From: Octopus vulgaris | Taxonomy: Eukaryota | Direction of reading: 5' to 3' | DNA: 64,000 nucleotides | Assembly: GCA_951406725.2 (NCBI GenBank) | Contig: OX597816.1 | Span: 134,726,001-134,790,000, forward strand | Shown here: positions 13,375-25,354 of the stretch, in pieces | Numbering within the stretch: the stretch's first letter is position 1 | Layout of the letters: the number at the start of each line of letters is the position of its first letter | Translations under genes and position numbers: made by a program | The notes under the pieces: generated by a model | Databases searched by the model: none | Told to the model about the DNA's origin: nothing | The model's input: only the letters and a program-made list of their open reading frames with translations

Positions 13375-13536
13375 GGGCAGGCGTGGCTGTGTGGTAAGAA
13401 ACTTGCTTCTCAACAACATGGTTCCGAGTTCAGTCCTACTGCGTGGCACCTTGGGAAAGTGTCTTCTACTATAACCTCGGGCCGACTAAAGCCTTGCGAG
13501 TAGATTTGGTAGACGGAAACTGAAAGAGGCCCGTCG

Positions 13537-13540
<4 letters not shown>
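13375..13540 (+). mobile_element. SINE family 1, 5' half
   Basis: GGCAGGCGTGGCTGTGTGGTAAG..CCTCGGGCCGACTAAAGCCTTG..GACGGAAACTGAAAG, as at 1625. Confidence 0.85.
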
Positions 13541-13578
<38 letters not shown>

Positions 13579-13611
13579 CATTTTTTAAATTTTTTTATTT
13601 TTTATTATATA

Positions 13612-14005
13612 CTAGCAGTATCGCCCGGCGTTGCTCGGGTTGTAAAGGAAATAACTATATAAGCATTTTTAGAGAGTTATAGCCAAAAAATAGCAAAAAA
13701 ATGCATTAAAAATTGAAAAAAAAATTAAGGTAATTTTTTTTAAATCGTTGACACATCGTAGATATTTTTAGAGAGTTACTTCCCTTATATAAAAGCGAAA
13801 AAAATGCATTAAAATGGAAAAATATGATGGTAAATTTTTTTTAAATCGTAGACTCATCGTAGACGCGCGCTAATACCCAGAAGGGCTCGATATGAATCAC
13901 GACTATAAGATACCCGCTTTTGGTTAAACTGCACCGCAAAATGTGGGAGTAGTTAGGAATCTAAATCGTAGGAGACAGACACACAACTTCACTCTTATAT
14001 AAAGA
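13612..14005 (-). mobile_element. Non-autonomous Helitron (394 bp)
   Basis: On minus: starts TC, ends CTAG, GC-rich hairpin CCCGAGCAACGCCGGG just before the 3' end, inserted between A and T, no TSD. Confidence 0.8.
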
Positions 14006-14699
14006 TGCTTTTTTTTTCAGTCATAGAGTTAGATTTATGAAGGTCTTCAGTAGAAAATCCTTCGAATTCTGACTCGCTGCTTGATATAATGAAATTCGTA
14101 TCCATTTTTTGTCAGAATTACAAATTTTGAAAACACAATAGGAACAAATTTCGGAAAAAAATCTCCCATAATTCACGGAATTAAAATTACACTTCGATTT
14201 TTGTACAAAACTGTAGTTGAAGTGTTTACGAAGTATAATACGTGTTTTCACGAATGTACTAAAGAGATTTGCTCTGATATTCTCATTTAAATATGAATAG
14301 GTAAATTCGGGCGGTTTGGTAACGAAAGGGTTAAACGGATGCATACATTTATTAATCTCTTATTATAATAACTATATATGTGTCGTCTGTTTATACATAA
14401 ACACTGTTTCATACTGCAATTATATATACATATATCTATATATAATATTATATAATAAAATATATACAGAGTAAAATAAAAACCAATTTACCTTTTCTGT
14501 ATTGTTATAGCAATTCCACCGTCCGTGTGTCTTTGCAAATGTGTTGGAATGATAAGTGAGTTGTGTTTTGGCGCCTTTTTTACTAATAACAAACACACAC
14601 GTGTTTGTATGTAGTTGTTTGAAACGTTTGTGTTTGCCACTCTCATATATGTATGTGTATGCGTGTGTGTGAGGAATGACACACACACACTCACGCACG

Positions 14700-15242
14700 C
14701 ACACATGTACATCAATGCTTTCGGAGTGATATGTTAAAATATTGAGTTTTCTCGAATTTTGTCTTAATTGGTGGTAAAATTGAAAGAAATTTTTTATGGC
14801 ATCACCCACTGAAGTACTCTGAAAAATCATGGGTACACTCTAATTGAAGAAATTGTGTGAGGAGTAAATCGTTATGTATTTATTTGTTTCTGTTTGCTGT
14901 GTTTTTTTATTTTTTGAGTAGTGGTTTAAATACTTTCAGTTTAGTCTTCCTCAAATCACTCTGTCGCTATTTACTTTCATTTTATTCGTTGCACACTGTG
15001 TGTGTGCGTGTACGTGTGGTGTAAACCACATTAAGAAAAGCATTTGACATACACACCAGAATGTGAGTTTTCTGTAAATTTTGCTTAATTGGAGTTTAAA
15101 TTTTAAAAACTGGACCTGGCATGACCCGATGCATTCTACTCTTAAAAATGCTAGGTAAATTGTAATTGAAGAAATCCTATATTGTAGATTTCTATAAGTT
15201 ACAAAGGGAGGCAGATAAAATTTGCCTTTTATAATAAGAGAT
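14700..15242 (-). mobile_element. Degenerate Helitron-like remnant with internal diverged duplication
   Basis: Minus-strand ATCTCTTATTATAAAAG start at about 15242; 14740-14855 resembles 15063-15178. Confidence 0.4.
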
Positions 15243-15452
15243 ACATAACCAGCCGAAATTGCAAAGATAATCTGGAACTCGACTGAGGAAAGAATATTCA
15301 GAATGACCCGTCCTTGTTTTCTTTGTATCGTTTATCTGGATGTTTTGTTGTCCCTTTCTTGTATCACTTAACTGTCTGGATGTTTTTGCGATAGTAGGCA
15401 TTACAACTATGATTAAATGTCAAAACTGTCCCATTATATAAATATATATATT

Positions 15453-15793
15453 TTTTGACCCCCTTCGGTCAGACACTGACCATGGGTTTGCACCTAGAGA
15501 GTTACCCTCTGAGGCACAAGTCTGGGCAAGGTTGTTTTATGGAAGACCAGCAGTCGCCCATGCATACCGGTCTCCCCTCTCCACGTCACCGATGTTGTCC
15601 AAGGGAAAGGCAAGGGCCGATGCAGCTTGGTACCTGTGACGTCGCAACTCATTTCTACAGCTGAGTGAACTGGAGCAACGTGAAATAAAGTGTCTTGCTC
15701 AAGAACACAACACGCAGCCCGGTCCGGGATTCGAGCTCACAACCTCACGATCGTAAGCTCGACGCTCTAACGACTGAGCCACGCGCCTTCACA
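15453..15793 (-). mobile_element. tRNA-derived SINE family 3
   Basis: Minus head GGCGCGTGGCTCAGTCGTTAGAGCG..GCTCGAATCCCGG, core TTGAGCAAGACACTTTATTTCAC; full-length match to 44250-44575. Confidence 0.85.
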
Positions 15794-15796
15794 ATG

Positions 15797-15834
<38 letters not shown>

Positions 15835-15960
15835 AAAAATGGTAAATAATTTTTCAGTGGTTTTTCATATAACCAACAATTATTTACCGGTAAATTTCGG
15901 TATGTAAATATGACAAATTCATCGTCAGGAACTTTTGTAAAGTTCAGTATATAGTATATA

Positions 15961-18900
15961 TACTTTGATACTTTGATACTTTGATAGGTTTCGGCCATTA
16001 TTGGCCCAGGCCATGTCTAACTTAATAGCACCACCTGGTGAAGTCTTTCAGGTCAGAATTTGGGCACTATGGCCCACTCAAGTAGAGAGTTATTGTTTAC
16101 AGAGACATATCCGGGTGTAGGGGGTTTATCCGGGATTTCTTGAAGGAATCTGTCCAAAGACTTCTTGAACCCTATAGGGTCAGTTTCTGTTTTAATGTGT
16201 TTTGGTGTAATGTTAAAGAGAGCGGGGCCAATTGAGGTGAAATAATTGTGCCGTATTGTTGTTATGAGATGAGAGTGCGATTTTTGTTTTGGGCGGATGG
16301 CACGGGGCCCAAGCCTTGGATGTACCTTAAAGGTGATGCCAACATCATTTGGGCAATGCTGATGGAATATTTTCCACATCATGCAGATGATGTAGCGCTC
16401 ACGACGACGTTGGAGAGAATAGAGTTTTAGCTTTTCTAGTCGACCCCAATAGTCGAGGCCTGTCATGCCATCTATCTTTTTTGTGATTGCCCTTTGAGGT
16501 GCTTCGACTTTTATGATACCTTGTATTGTGTGGGGAGACCACAGTGGACAACAGTATTCAAGGTGGGGTCGGGCAAAAGTGGAGAAGAGAAGGATAATGG
16601 TGTGGATATCTCTCGACTGGAAAGTTCTGAGAATCCAGGAACACATTCTGCGGGCCATGTCAACTTTGGTGTTTATATGAGTGGCCCAGCTTACGTTGTT
16701 GTCCACAATTACTCCCAAGTCTCTGATGTTGTTGGACGCCGCGAGAGTTTCACCTGAAGGAAGGGAGTATGGGAGTTTCAGGGCATCCTCTTTTCCAAAG
16801 TGGATTAGCTCAAATTTATCCTCGTTCAGCAGCATATTGTTTTTTTCTGCCCATTGGATAACAGCCAGCAGATCTGACTGAAGGCATGTCCGGTCACTCG
16901 CCTCATTTATGACCTTCTGTAGCTTGGAGTCATCTGCAAAGATTTTTATGTTGCTGTGCTTGATGATGTCATTAATGTCATTAATGTAAATGATGAAAAG
17001 AAGTGGGCCCAGCACAGTGCCTTGCGGAACGCCACTACTGACTTTGGCTGGGCTTGATTTTACCCCTTCAACTACAACATGTTGAGATCTGTCTGTCAGG
17101 AAACACTTAATCCATTTCAGTAACTTTCCAGAGACACCAATGTTGGATAGTTTTTTCAATAGGATCTTGTGATCGACCCTGTCGAAGGCCTTACTGAAAT
17201 CAAGGTAGATGACATCGGTGTTGGAGCCCTCTCCCAAAGCTCTCAAAATGTCCTCAAAGTGATGCAGGAGCTGCGTTAGGCAGTCCCTTCCATTACGGAA
17301 CCCATGTTGGTTGGAGATCAGCCGTCTGTTGCTTTCCAGAAATTGGGTTATTTGAGATCTCACCACCCTCTCAAATACCTTGATGATATGAGAGGTGAGT
17401 GAGATCGGACGGTAATTCACTGCAAGGGACTTGTTTCCCTTTTTGAAAACTGGGACAACAGACTGGGACAGAAGGTTTTTTGGAATATAGCCAGCATCCA
17501 GTGAGTTTCTCCACAGATTAGCAAGGGGAGATGCAAGTTGGTGTCGACACACCTTCAGGACACAAGCAGGGAACCTATCGGGGCCTACTGCTGAATTGTG
17601 TTTTATTTCGTTTATCGCCGCTAAGACATCAGGGGCACTAAACGTTATGTCCGATATAGTGTGTTGGGGGTTGACATCACTGATACAGCCCAGATCGGCC
17701 ATATCAGGATTGCTGAAAACAGAGCAGTATTGTTTCTGCAGTATCTCGGCCATGGATTTGGCATTATCTTGGAGAGTGCCAGTTTCGTCAATTAGAGGGC
17801 CTACAGTGGAGACAGTGACCCTGCGTTTCCTCGCAAATGAAAAGAACACTTTGGGGTTGAGTTTGATTTTTTCAATGGCCCACTTCTCCTCAGCTGATCT
17901 TTGGTTATTGATGAGGGACTTCATGCATTGTTGGAGGTTATATTTTTTGGATTCAAGCAGTGCGATAGCCGTCGAATGTGTGTGTTGCTGTTGGCAGTAC
18001 TTTAGTTTGTTAATTTTTTTGTTTGTTCTTTTTATTTTTCTGATAATGGTTTTTCTGTTTTGGGGGATTCTGCACTTTTTGTTCACAGGTCTTGGTGGGG
18101 AGTGTTTTGCACATATGTCTGTGACGGTGTCTACAAAGATCTGCCAAGATGTTTTATGGTTGGTGGAGATGTGTGTATGTGTAAAGGACCAGTCAACATT
18201 TGATAGCTCGTTCCTGATTGCATCCCAGTTGGCTTTATGGAGATCCATGTTGTCAAATGGGTGGGCTGGAGGAAGGTCACTAGGATTAGCTTTCGGCTGG
18301 TGGAATTTCATGTTACAGAGAACCATGTCATGGTCTGAAAGAAGGGTTTTTTCCACTGTAACGTTATGTATAGTGTTAGTGTGGTTACTAAACACTAGGT
18401 CCAAAATGTTCTGATGTCTTGTTGGTGCAAGGACAAGTTGGGACAAGAAAAACTCATTCGTAAAGTCGAAAAGTGACTCTGCTGCTTCTTTGTCAGCGGT
18501 TGAGGCGGGAGTGCTTGGTTTCAAACAGTTTGTAGTCCAGTCAACACAGGGTAGATTGAAGTCTCCCATCATGAGTATGTTGCTGGAATGGCACTGTTGA
18601 ATAAAGCACTTAATGCTGTTGAGGCATTCTTTAAAGCACAGTATGGGTGTTTGGGGCGGCCTATAGAGCCCAATTACTGTCAGATCATTGGCTTTGTTGT
18701 GCACGGTGACTGATTCACAGTAGCCGTTGGAGAATATACTATTTCCATCTGCCGTAAATGAATCATGCAGGAAAATGGCAGTTCCACCCTTCCTCCTGCC
18801 GATACGATCCGCGCGGATGGTTGTGAAATTCTTCACTCTCACTTCGGCTTCCAAGTGGGAGTTGTCAAGGTGGGTCTCAGTGAGAATGAAGAAAGGGATG

Positions 18901-19087
18901 TGGTGTGAATGGTTACCAACCCAGTCTTCAATGAATTGGACCTTCCATTTTTGTGCATTGATGGAAGGGCTGACACCTTGTGCATTGAGTAGGAATGTGG
19001 AGGTTAGTGTAGTGGCTGGTTTTGACTGTTGCAGGGGGCTTGGATTTTTTGTGTGTGTTAGTGGCAGCAATGTGGGGAAGTGGCAGC
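15961..19087 (-). mobile_element. CR1-group LINE, copy 1 (5'-truncated at the end of ORF1)
   Basis: Intact EN-RT frame; 3' UTR nearly the same as copy 2; 3' tail of three 8-bp TCAAAGTA repeats; flanked by TA-rich and (TA)n sequence. Confidence 0.92.
16053..19067 (-). CDS. LINE ORF2: APE endonuclease + reverse transcriptase (about 1004 aa, CTG at the position of copy-2 ATG)
   Basis: EN motifs LTETHL, GDFNLP, LDLVF, SDH; RT motifs [41 protein letters not shown]. The IYIY N-terminus in the ORF track is a (TA)n artefact. Confidence 0.9.
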   Translation of the reverse strand: MPLTHTKNPSPLQQSKPATTLTSTFLLNAQGVSPSINAQKWKVQFIEDWVGNHSHHIPFFILTETHLDNSHLEAEVRVKNFTTIRADRIGRRKGGTAIFLHDSFTADGNSIFSNGYCESVTVHNKANDLTVIGLYRPPQTPILCFKECLNSIKCFIQQCHSSNILMMGDFNLPCVDWTTNCLKPSTPASTADKEAAESLFDFTNEFFLSQLVLAPTRHQNILDLVFSNHTNTIHNVTVEKTLLSDHDMVLCNMKFHQPKANPSDLPPAHPFDNMDLHKANWDAIRNELSNVDWSFTHTHISTNHKTSWQIFVDTVTDICAKHSPPRPVNKKCRIPQNRKTIIRKIKRTNKKINKLKYCQQQHTHSTAIALLESKKYNLQQCMKSLINNQRSAEEKWAIEKIKLNPKVFFSFARKRRVTVSTVGPLIDETGTLQDNAKSMAEILQKQYCSVFSNPDMADLGCISDVNPQHTISDITFSAPDVLAAINEIKHNSAVGPDRFPACVLKVCRHQLASPLANLWRNSLDAGYIPKNLLSQSVVPVFKKGNKSLAVNYRPISLTSHIIKVFERVVRSQITQFLESNRRLISNQHGFRNGRDCLTQLLHHFEDILRALGEGSNTDVIYLDFSKAFDRVDHKILLKKLSNIGVSGKLLKWIKCFLTDRSQHVVVEGVKSSPAKVSSGVPQGTVLGPLLFIIYINDINDIIKHSNIKIFADDSKLQKVINEASDRTCLQSDLLAVIQWAEKNNMLLNEDKFELIHFGKEDALKLPYSLPSGETLAASNNIRDLGVIVDNNVSWATHINTKVDMARRMCSWILRTFQSRDIHTIILLFSTFARPHLEYCCPLWSPHTIQGIIKVEAPQRAITKKIDGMTGLDYWGRLEKLKLYSLQRRRERYIICMMWKIFHQHCPNDVGITFKVHPRLGPRAIRPKQKSHSHLITTIRHNYFTSIGPALFNITPKHIKTETDPIGFKKSLDRFLQEIPDKPPTPGYVSVNNNSLLEWAIVPKF

Positions 19088-19112
19088 AATATCTTCCCGG
19101 GCTAATGTGAAA

Positions 19113-19315
<203 letters not shown>

Positions 19316-19619
19316 TTTTCCTTAACCACAAACTATTTTCATAATTTTCAAACGACCAAATATTTTCAAACACCTTCTGATAACTAAAGGATCACCCACA
19401 CATTAAAAATTAGAAAAAGAGGGGAAAAAAAAAGAAAAGAAAGATAAAATAACTACAAGCTCATAATTCAAATACAAACTTCTCAGTATTACAACAAACA
19501 TTCTGTACAATCAATTCTACATACTTCTCCTTAAAAAAAAAAAAAAATAATAATAATAATTAAAAGTAATCAACAAAACGAACGAACAAAATAAAATTTA
19601 ATAAAACATATCAACCAGA

Positions 19620-20852
19620 ATGGCTAGCCACCAAAAATCCAACAAAAACTGGTCTGATAATGAAGTCGACGTTCTTATCAACACATGGCATGGCCTTACC
19701 GAAACAGAGAGCATAGGTGCTTCGTGTCTGAACGAAATTGCTAAACGAACAGTTCACCATTTGCAAACTCGATCTGAACAGCAGATCCAAAATAAATTAA
19801 AACAAATCGAAGTTGCTTTTAAATTAATAAATAAACACTTCGATAAACTGAGATCTGTTTTCTCTTCCAACGCATCACCGGCGCAACAACAACAACAACA
19901 ACCTCAACAACAACAAACTCAGCGGCAACAACAACAACAACAACAGTTACAGCAACAACAACAACTTCAGCAGCAACAACCTCAGAGGCAACAACAACAA
20001 CCTCAACAACAACAACAGGATGAACCACTCCTTGATTCATCTACAATGGCCGATTTGCTAAATGAAACGATTGACCCCCCAGTCATCAGGGTCACACAGC
20101 AGGAAGCACCACCCCTTCCTTTCACTGCCCCAGCAGCTCAATCATCATCATTGTCAACACCATCTCCTCTGCTTACTACTACTAGTACTACTCCCACTAT
20201 ATATCGACAAACATCTTTGTCTTGGAATCGACCTCCTCAATCATTACCACCGTCAACATCTCTTCTACCTACTACTACTACTACTACTACTACAGCTACT
20301 ACTACTAATGCTATCTCAAGGAATTTACCTCCTACAGGTCACAAAGGTCGCCAAAACTTCAAACTATCATCTACACCTTTCACAGCTCACACACATACAC
20401 GCACCTACACACCCACTCGAAACCCCATCATTTGCCGATATTCTCTTCGCCATAGACTGTGCACTGATAGAGACTGCAAATTCACCCATTTACCTGGAAC
20501 AAAACGCTCTATCCCCACAAACTACAACAGCAACCACCATAATACAACATCACCACAACCACCAATATCTCAAACAAGGAATCCCCAAATCTGCCGCTAT
20601 TCCCAGCGAGACAGATTGTGTTTGCACAGGGATTGCCCCTTTACCCATCTCCCGGGGACTCGTCGGACATTTAAAGATAACCACTCACATAAAAATAGCC
20701 GCAGCCACAGTCACCTGCGGTTCCCTAGACAGGAAACCACCTCTTCTTCCTCTTTTTTAGCTATAATGAATCTAGCAAAAGAACTGGAAAAAAACATCCG
20801 AGCTATCACCCACCGCCATCCACCACTATTACCCCACTACACATGCCATTAA
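19620..20852 (+). CDS. LINE ORF1: Myb/SANT-like N-terminus, polyQ, Pro/Thr-rich linker, two CCCH-type zinc fingers
   Basis: WSDNEVDVLINTW..EIAKR..RSEQQIQNKLKQIEVAFK resembles the trihelix Myb/SANT-like pattern. CRYSLRHRLCTDRDCKFTH and CRYSQRDRLCLHRDCPFTH are C-x8-C-x4-C-x3-H. Overlaps the ORF2 start by 10 nt. Confidence 0.85.
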   Translation: MASHQKSNKNWSDNEVDVLINTWHGLTETESIGASCLNEIAKRTVHHLQTRSEQQIQNKLKQIEVAFKLINKHFDKLRSVFSSNASPAQQQQQQPQQQQTQRQQQQQQQLQQQQQLQQQQPQRQQQQPQQQQQDEPLLDSSTMADLLNETIDPPVIRVTQQEAPPLPFTAPAAQSSSLSTPSPLLTTTSTTPTIYRQTSLSWNRPPQSLPPSTSLLPTTTTTTTTATTTNAISRNLPPTGHKGRQNFKLSSTPFTAHTHTRTYTPTRNPIICRYSLRHRLCTDRDCKFTHLPGTKRSIPTNYNSNHHNTTSPQPPISQTRNPQICRYSQRDRLCLHRDCPFTHLPGTRRTFKDNHSHKNSRSHSHLRFPRQETTSSSSFLAIMNLAKELEKNIRAITHRHPPLLPHYTCH

Positions 20853-23800
20853 AAAGCAATCAAATAAACAAATCACCAAAACAATTAAAACCATCCACTC
20901 TCGCCTCAACATTTCTGCTTAATGCCCAAGGCATCAGCCCTTCCACCAATACACAAAAATGGAAGATAAGATTCCTGGAGGACTGGGTCGAGGCCCATCC
21001 AAACCACATCCCTTTCTTCGTCCTCACTGAAACCCATCTTAGTGACCTCCACTTGGAAGCCGAGGTGAAAGTTAAAAATTTCAAAACCATTCGTGCTGAT
21101 CGTGTTGGCAGAAGAAAGGGTGGGACTGCCATTTATGTCCATGATTCATTCTCAACAGAAGCCATGAACATATTTTCGAATGGATACTGCGAAGCAGTCG
21201 CTGTATTCAGTCAAACCAACAACTTAACAGTAGTTGGGCTCTACAGACCACCCCAAACGCCCCTACCATGCTTCAAGGAATGCCTCAACAGCATAAAGTG
21301 TTTCATTCAGCAGTGTCAACCTGACAACATTTTAATGATGGGAGATTTCAACCTTCCCGGGGTTGACTGGTCTATAAACAGTCTGCCGCCAGGTTCTTCT
21401 CTCTCAACCCCTGACAGGGAGGCAGTGGAATCGCTTCTTGACTTCATGGATGACTTCTTCTTGTCCCAACTGGTACTCGAACCAACGAGATGTCACAAAA
21501 ACGTCTTAGACTTAATTTTCAGCAATCACACTGATACTATCCACAATATTGCAGTGGAGAAAACCCTACTCTCCGACCATGACATGGTTCTCTGTGATCT
21601 GAGATTTCACTGGCCAAAATGCAAAACAAATGTCATCCCTCCTGTTCATCCATTTGACACTATGGATTTCCACAATGCAAACTGGGAAGCGATCAATAAT
21701 GATCTTGCACAAGTCGATTGGTCCTTCACGCACACATACACACCCACTAACATCAAAAAGTCCTGGCAGTCACTTGTAGACACCATCACGAACATATGTG
21801 CAAGACACACCCCATTAAGATCTGCAAACAAATCTAAGTGTCGAATCCCTAGAAATAGAAAATCTCTCATAAGGAAAATTAAAAGAATCAACAAAAAGAT
21901 CAACATGCTGAAATACTGTCAACAGCAACACACCAACCTGACTGCCATCTCGTCGCTAGAGATTAAAAAACATAAACTCCAAAACAACATGATGTCTATC
22001 ATCAATAGTCAGCGAAGAGCTGAAGAGGCCTGGGCCATTGAGAAGATCAAACTCAATCCCAAAGTGTTCTTTTCATTTGCAAAAAAACACAGAGTCACTG
22101 GTTCTACTGTTGGCCCTCTGATTGATGAAAATGGTATTCTTCAAGACAATGCCAAAACCATGGGAGAAATATTGCAGAAACAATATTGCTCTGTTTTCAG
22201 CAATCCTGATATGACTGATCTGGGCTGTATCAGTGATGTTACTCCCCAATACACTTTATCGGACATAACATTTGGCGCTCCTGATGTCTTAGCAGCAATA
22301 AAGGAAATGAAGCATAATTCAGCAGTAGGTCCCGATAGGTTCCCTGCTTGTGTCTTGAAGATGTGTCAAAACCAACTTGCACCCCCTCTAGCCAATCTGT
22401 GGCGGAACTCATTGGATGCTGGATATATACCAGAAGACCTTCTATCCCAGTCTGTTGTCCCAGTTTTCAAAAAAGGAAACAAATCGCTTGCCGTGAATTA
22501 CCGTCCAATCTCACTCACCTCTCATATCATCAAGGTATTTGAGAGGGTGCTGAGATCGCGTATGACTCACTTCCTTGAGAGTCATAATATGCTGAACCCC
22601 AACCAGCATGGATTCCGTAATGGGAGAGATTGCCTGACGCAGCTACTGCATCATTTTGATGACATTTTGAGAGCCTTGGGAGAGGGTTCCAACACTGATG
22701 TCATCTACCTTGATTTCAGCAAGGCCTTTGACAGGGTTGATCATAAGATCCTTCTGAGAAAGCTGTCCAATATTGGTGTCACTGGAAAGCTGCTGCAATG
22801 GATCAAGTGCTTCCTCTCTAACAGAACCCAACATGTTGTAGTCGAAGGAGTCAAATCCAGCCCAGCCAAAGTCAGCAGTGGTGTCCCACAAGGCACTGTG
22901 TTGGGCCCACTTCTCTTCATCATCTACATAAATGATATTACTGACACCATCAAACACAGCAACATCAGAACCTTCGCTGATGATTCCAAGCTCCAGAAGG
23001 TCATCAATGGCGTGGATGACCGAATAAACCTTCAGTCAGACCTACTAGCTGTTGTCCAATGGGCGGAAAAGAATAACATGTTGCTAAATGAAGACAAATT
23101 CGAACTGATCCACTTTGGAAGGGAGGACGCTCTGAAACTCCCATACTCTCTTCCTTCTGGAGAAATTCTCATGGCATCCAACAACATCAGAGACCTGGGA
23201 GTAACAGTGGACAACAACATAAGCTGGGCTACACATATAAGCAGCAAAGTTGACATGGCCCGCAGAATGTGTTCCTGGATTCTCAGAACCTTCCAGTCGA
23301 GAGATTCCCACGCTATTATCCTTCTCTTCTCCACTTTTGCCCGACCCCACCTTGAATACTGCTGTCCACTGTGGTCTCCCTACACAAAACAAAATATTAT
23401 GAGAATTGAAGCTCCCCAAAGGTCAATCACAAAAAAGATAGATGGCATGTCAGACCTTGACTACTGGGGTAGACTAGAGAAGCTGAAATTGTATTCACTC
23501 CAACGACGCCGTGAACGCTACATTATCTGTATGATGTGGAAAATATTCCATCAGCACTGTCCGAATGATGTTGGCATCACCTTCAAAATGCATCCAAGGC
23601 TTGGACCACGTGCCATCCGTCCACAACAAAAATCTAAATCGCATCACATAACGACAATACGGCACAACTATTTCACCTCAATTGGACCCGCTCTCTTCAA
23701 CATTACACCAGGACACGTCAAAAAAGAAACTGACCACACAAAATTCAAGAAGTCTTTGGACAAATTCCTTCAAACAGTACCGGACAAACCATCCACACCC

Positions 23801-23860
23801 GGATATGTCTCCGCAAACAATAACTCTCTGCTCGAATGGGCCTTGGTGCCCAAATCCTGA
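20843..23860 (+). CDS. LINE ORF2: APE endonuclease + reverse transcriptase (1005 aa, intact)
   Basis: Same EN/RT motifs as copy 1 ([33 protein letters not shown]); no stops or frameshifts. Confidence 0.95.
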   Translation: MPLKSNQINKSPKQLKPSTLASTFLLNAQGISPSTNTQKWKIRFLEDWVEAHPNHIPFFVLTETHLSDLHLEAEVKVKNFKTIRADRVGRRKGGTAIYVHDSFSTEAMNIFSNGYCEAVAVFSQTNNLTVVGLYRPPQTPLPCFKECLNSIKCFIQQCQPDNILMMGDFNLPGVDWSINSLPPGSSLSTPDREAVESLLDFMDDFFLSQLVLEPTRCHKNVLDLIFSNHTDTIHNIAVEKTLLSDHDMVLCDLRFHWPKCKTNVIPPVHPFDTMDFHNANWEAINNDLAQVDWSFTHTYTPTNIKKSWQSLVDTITNICARHTPLRSANKSKCRIPRNRKSLIRKIKRINKKINMLKYCQQQHTNLTAISSLEIKKHKLQNNMMSIINSQRRAEEAWAIEKIKLNPKVFFSFAKKHRVTGSTVGPLIDENGILQDNAKTMGEILQKQYCSVFSNPDMTDLGCISDVTPQYTLSDITFGAPDVLAAIKEMKHNSAVGPDRFPACVLKMCQNQLAPPLANLWRNSLDAGYIPEDLLSQSVVPVFKKGNKSLAVNYRPISLTSHIIKVFERVLRSRMTHFLESHNMLNPNQHGFRNGRDCLTQLLHHFDDILRALGEGSNTDVIYLDFSKAFDRVDHKILLRKLSNIGVTGKLLQWIKCFLSNRTQHVVVEGVKSSPAKVSSGVPQGTVLGPLLFIIYINDITDTIKHSNIRTFADDSKLQKVINGVDDRINLQSDLLAVVQWAEKNNMLLNEDKFELIHFGREDALKLPYSLPSGEILMASNNIRDLGVTVDNNISWATHISSKVDMARRMCSWILRTFQSRDSHAIILLFSTFARPHLEYCCPLWSPYTKQNIMRIEAPQRSITKKIDGMSDLDYWGRLEKLKLYSLQRRRERYIICMMWKIFHQHCPNDVGITFKMHPRLGPRAIRPQQKSKSHHITTIRHNYFTSIGPALFNITPGHVKKETDHTKFKKSLDKFLQTVPDKPSTPGYVSANNNSLLEWALVPKS

Positions 23861-23948
23861 ACTGAAAGACTTCGCCAGGTGGTGCTATTAAGTTAGACAT
23901 GGCCTGGGCCAATACTGGCCAAAAACCTTTCTAAGTTATTCTAAGTTA

Positions 23949-24129
<181 letters not shown>

Positions 24130-25207
24130 TCGTTTCACATTAGCCCGGGAAGATATTTATTCTAGAATTATCTCAAACTAATTCAGAATTACTGTTGGAT
24201 TTTCTTGAGCTTTGGCATAGTGAAGGGGTTACTAGAACTCCTCTCTTGGAAGCTTAATGCCCTTCCTCCCAGAGAATTAGTTGTTTTAAGTAGATCTGAT
24301 TCAATTAAGCCGTAAACATAACATAACTCGATTTCGAAGCTAGTCGCCTTCGACGAACACATTTACAAACGCCGAGACATTTTCTTTCAAAATATTCCAA
24401 GAACACGTCTTGCACTGAATCTGTTTTTTCTTTAAGAGGATATTACATATTCATTGTACACTCCTTGTACGAGAACAAACGCTAAAACTCTAAGTTGCCA
24501 GTTAAAGAAAGCATTTTCTGGATTGAAATATCAATTTGTTAATCTCAAATGCTATATTTCGTATCATAAATACTGGCTAAATTGAAGATAACAATGGGAA
24601 AGTACTTTTTCCTGTTGTTTATTGCAGCCACTTCTAATATTTCCACAGAATCATTGTAAATAATTTTGTACAAATCTTTTATCTCATTAAGAAAAGTGAA
24701 AATGTTATGTCTTTTCATTTTTATTCTTGAGATCGTTGACGGTACACTTTTAGCTTCAGAAACAACAGTATGAAGTTATTGAAGCTGTATTTCGAGAAGC
24801 TCATAAGAGAAAGTTCTCTTACTAAGTTAATTTTTTTTTTCATTACCAAAACTTCCAAAATATTAACATCCTTACTTCCTAATAATAAAATATTTATCTT
24901 CTCTATTAGTACTATATCATTTGTAACAATATTACCCCATCTTATTTCCCATGTACTTCGACAATGAATCATTATTTGGTATGATCTACATACGCTTAAA
25001 GATAAATTGCTCATACAATTGTTAATTACAGATGTTGCATCATATGATTGCGCTGCACGTTGCTTTACGTTTTCAACTGTTTTAAAGGATTATTACTGTT
25101 CGGACTTGACAAATACATATGTTTACGAATCTTTTAAATAATATCAGCAGAAGTCACAATCCCATTTGTACTTTTTACAATTACAATAAACATAGGTTTT
25201 ACAGTTC

Positions 25208-25338
25208 TATGTTTAAGAGATGAGGAATTATGTACAGTATTTATATTATTTACATTTGACGGATATTTGTCTCATCTTGTTTGTTGTTAACACAACGTTT
25301 CGGCTGATATACCCTCCAGCCTTCATCAGGTGTCTTGC
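25208..25338 (-). mobile_element. 3' part of hammerhead-containing SINE (family 4)
   Basis: Reverse complement matches 46650-46750 and 50625-50729. Confidence 0.8.
25289..25334 (-). ncRNA. Minimal type-I hammerhead ribozyme-like motif in SINE family 4
   Basis: GACAC-CUGAUGA-A-GGCUG(gagggtatat)CAGCC-GAAA-CG-UU-GUGUU. Stem I GACAC/GUGUU, stem II 5 bp, palindromic AACGUU stem III. Confidence 0.6.
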
Positions 25339-25354
25339 TGCAGCAGAAATATCG

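Noticed and set aside
14305-14335. piggyBac-like end TTAACCCTTT on minus
   Set aside because: No matching opposite end or transposase found.
17596-18414. 272-aa + strand ORF and other antisense ORFs within the LINEs and Penelope
   Set aside because: Shadow frames of the retroelement ORFs.
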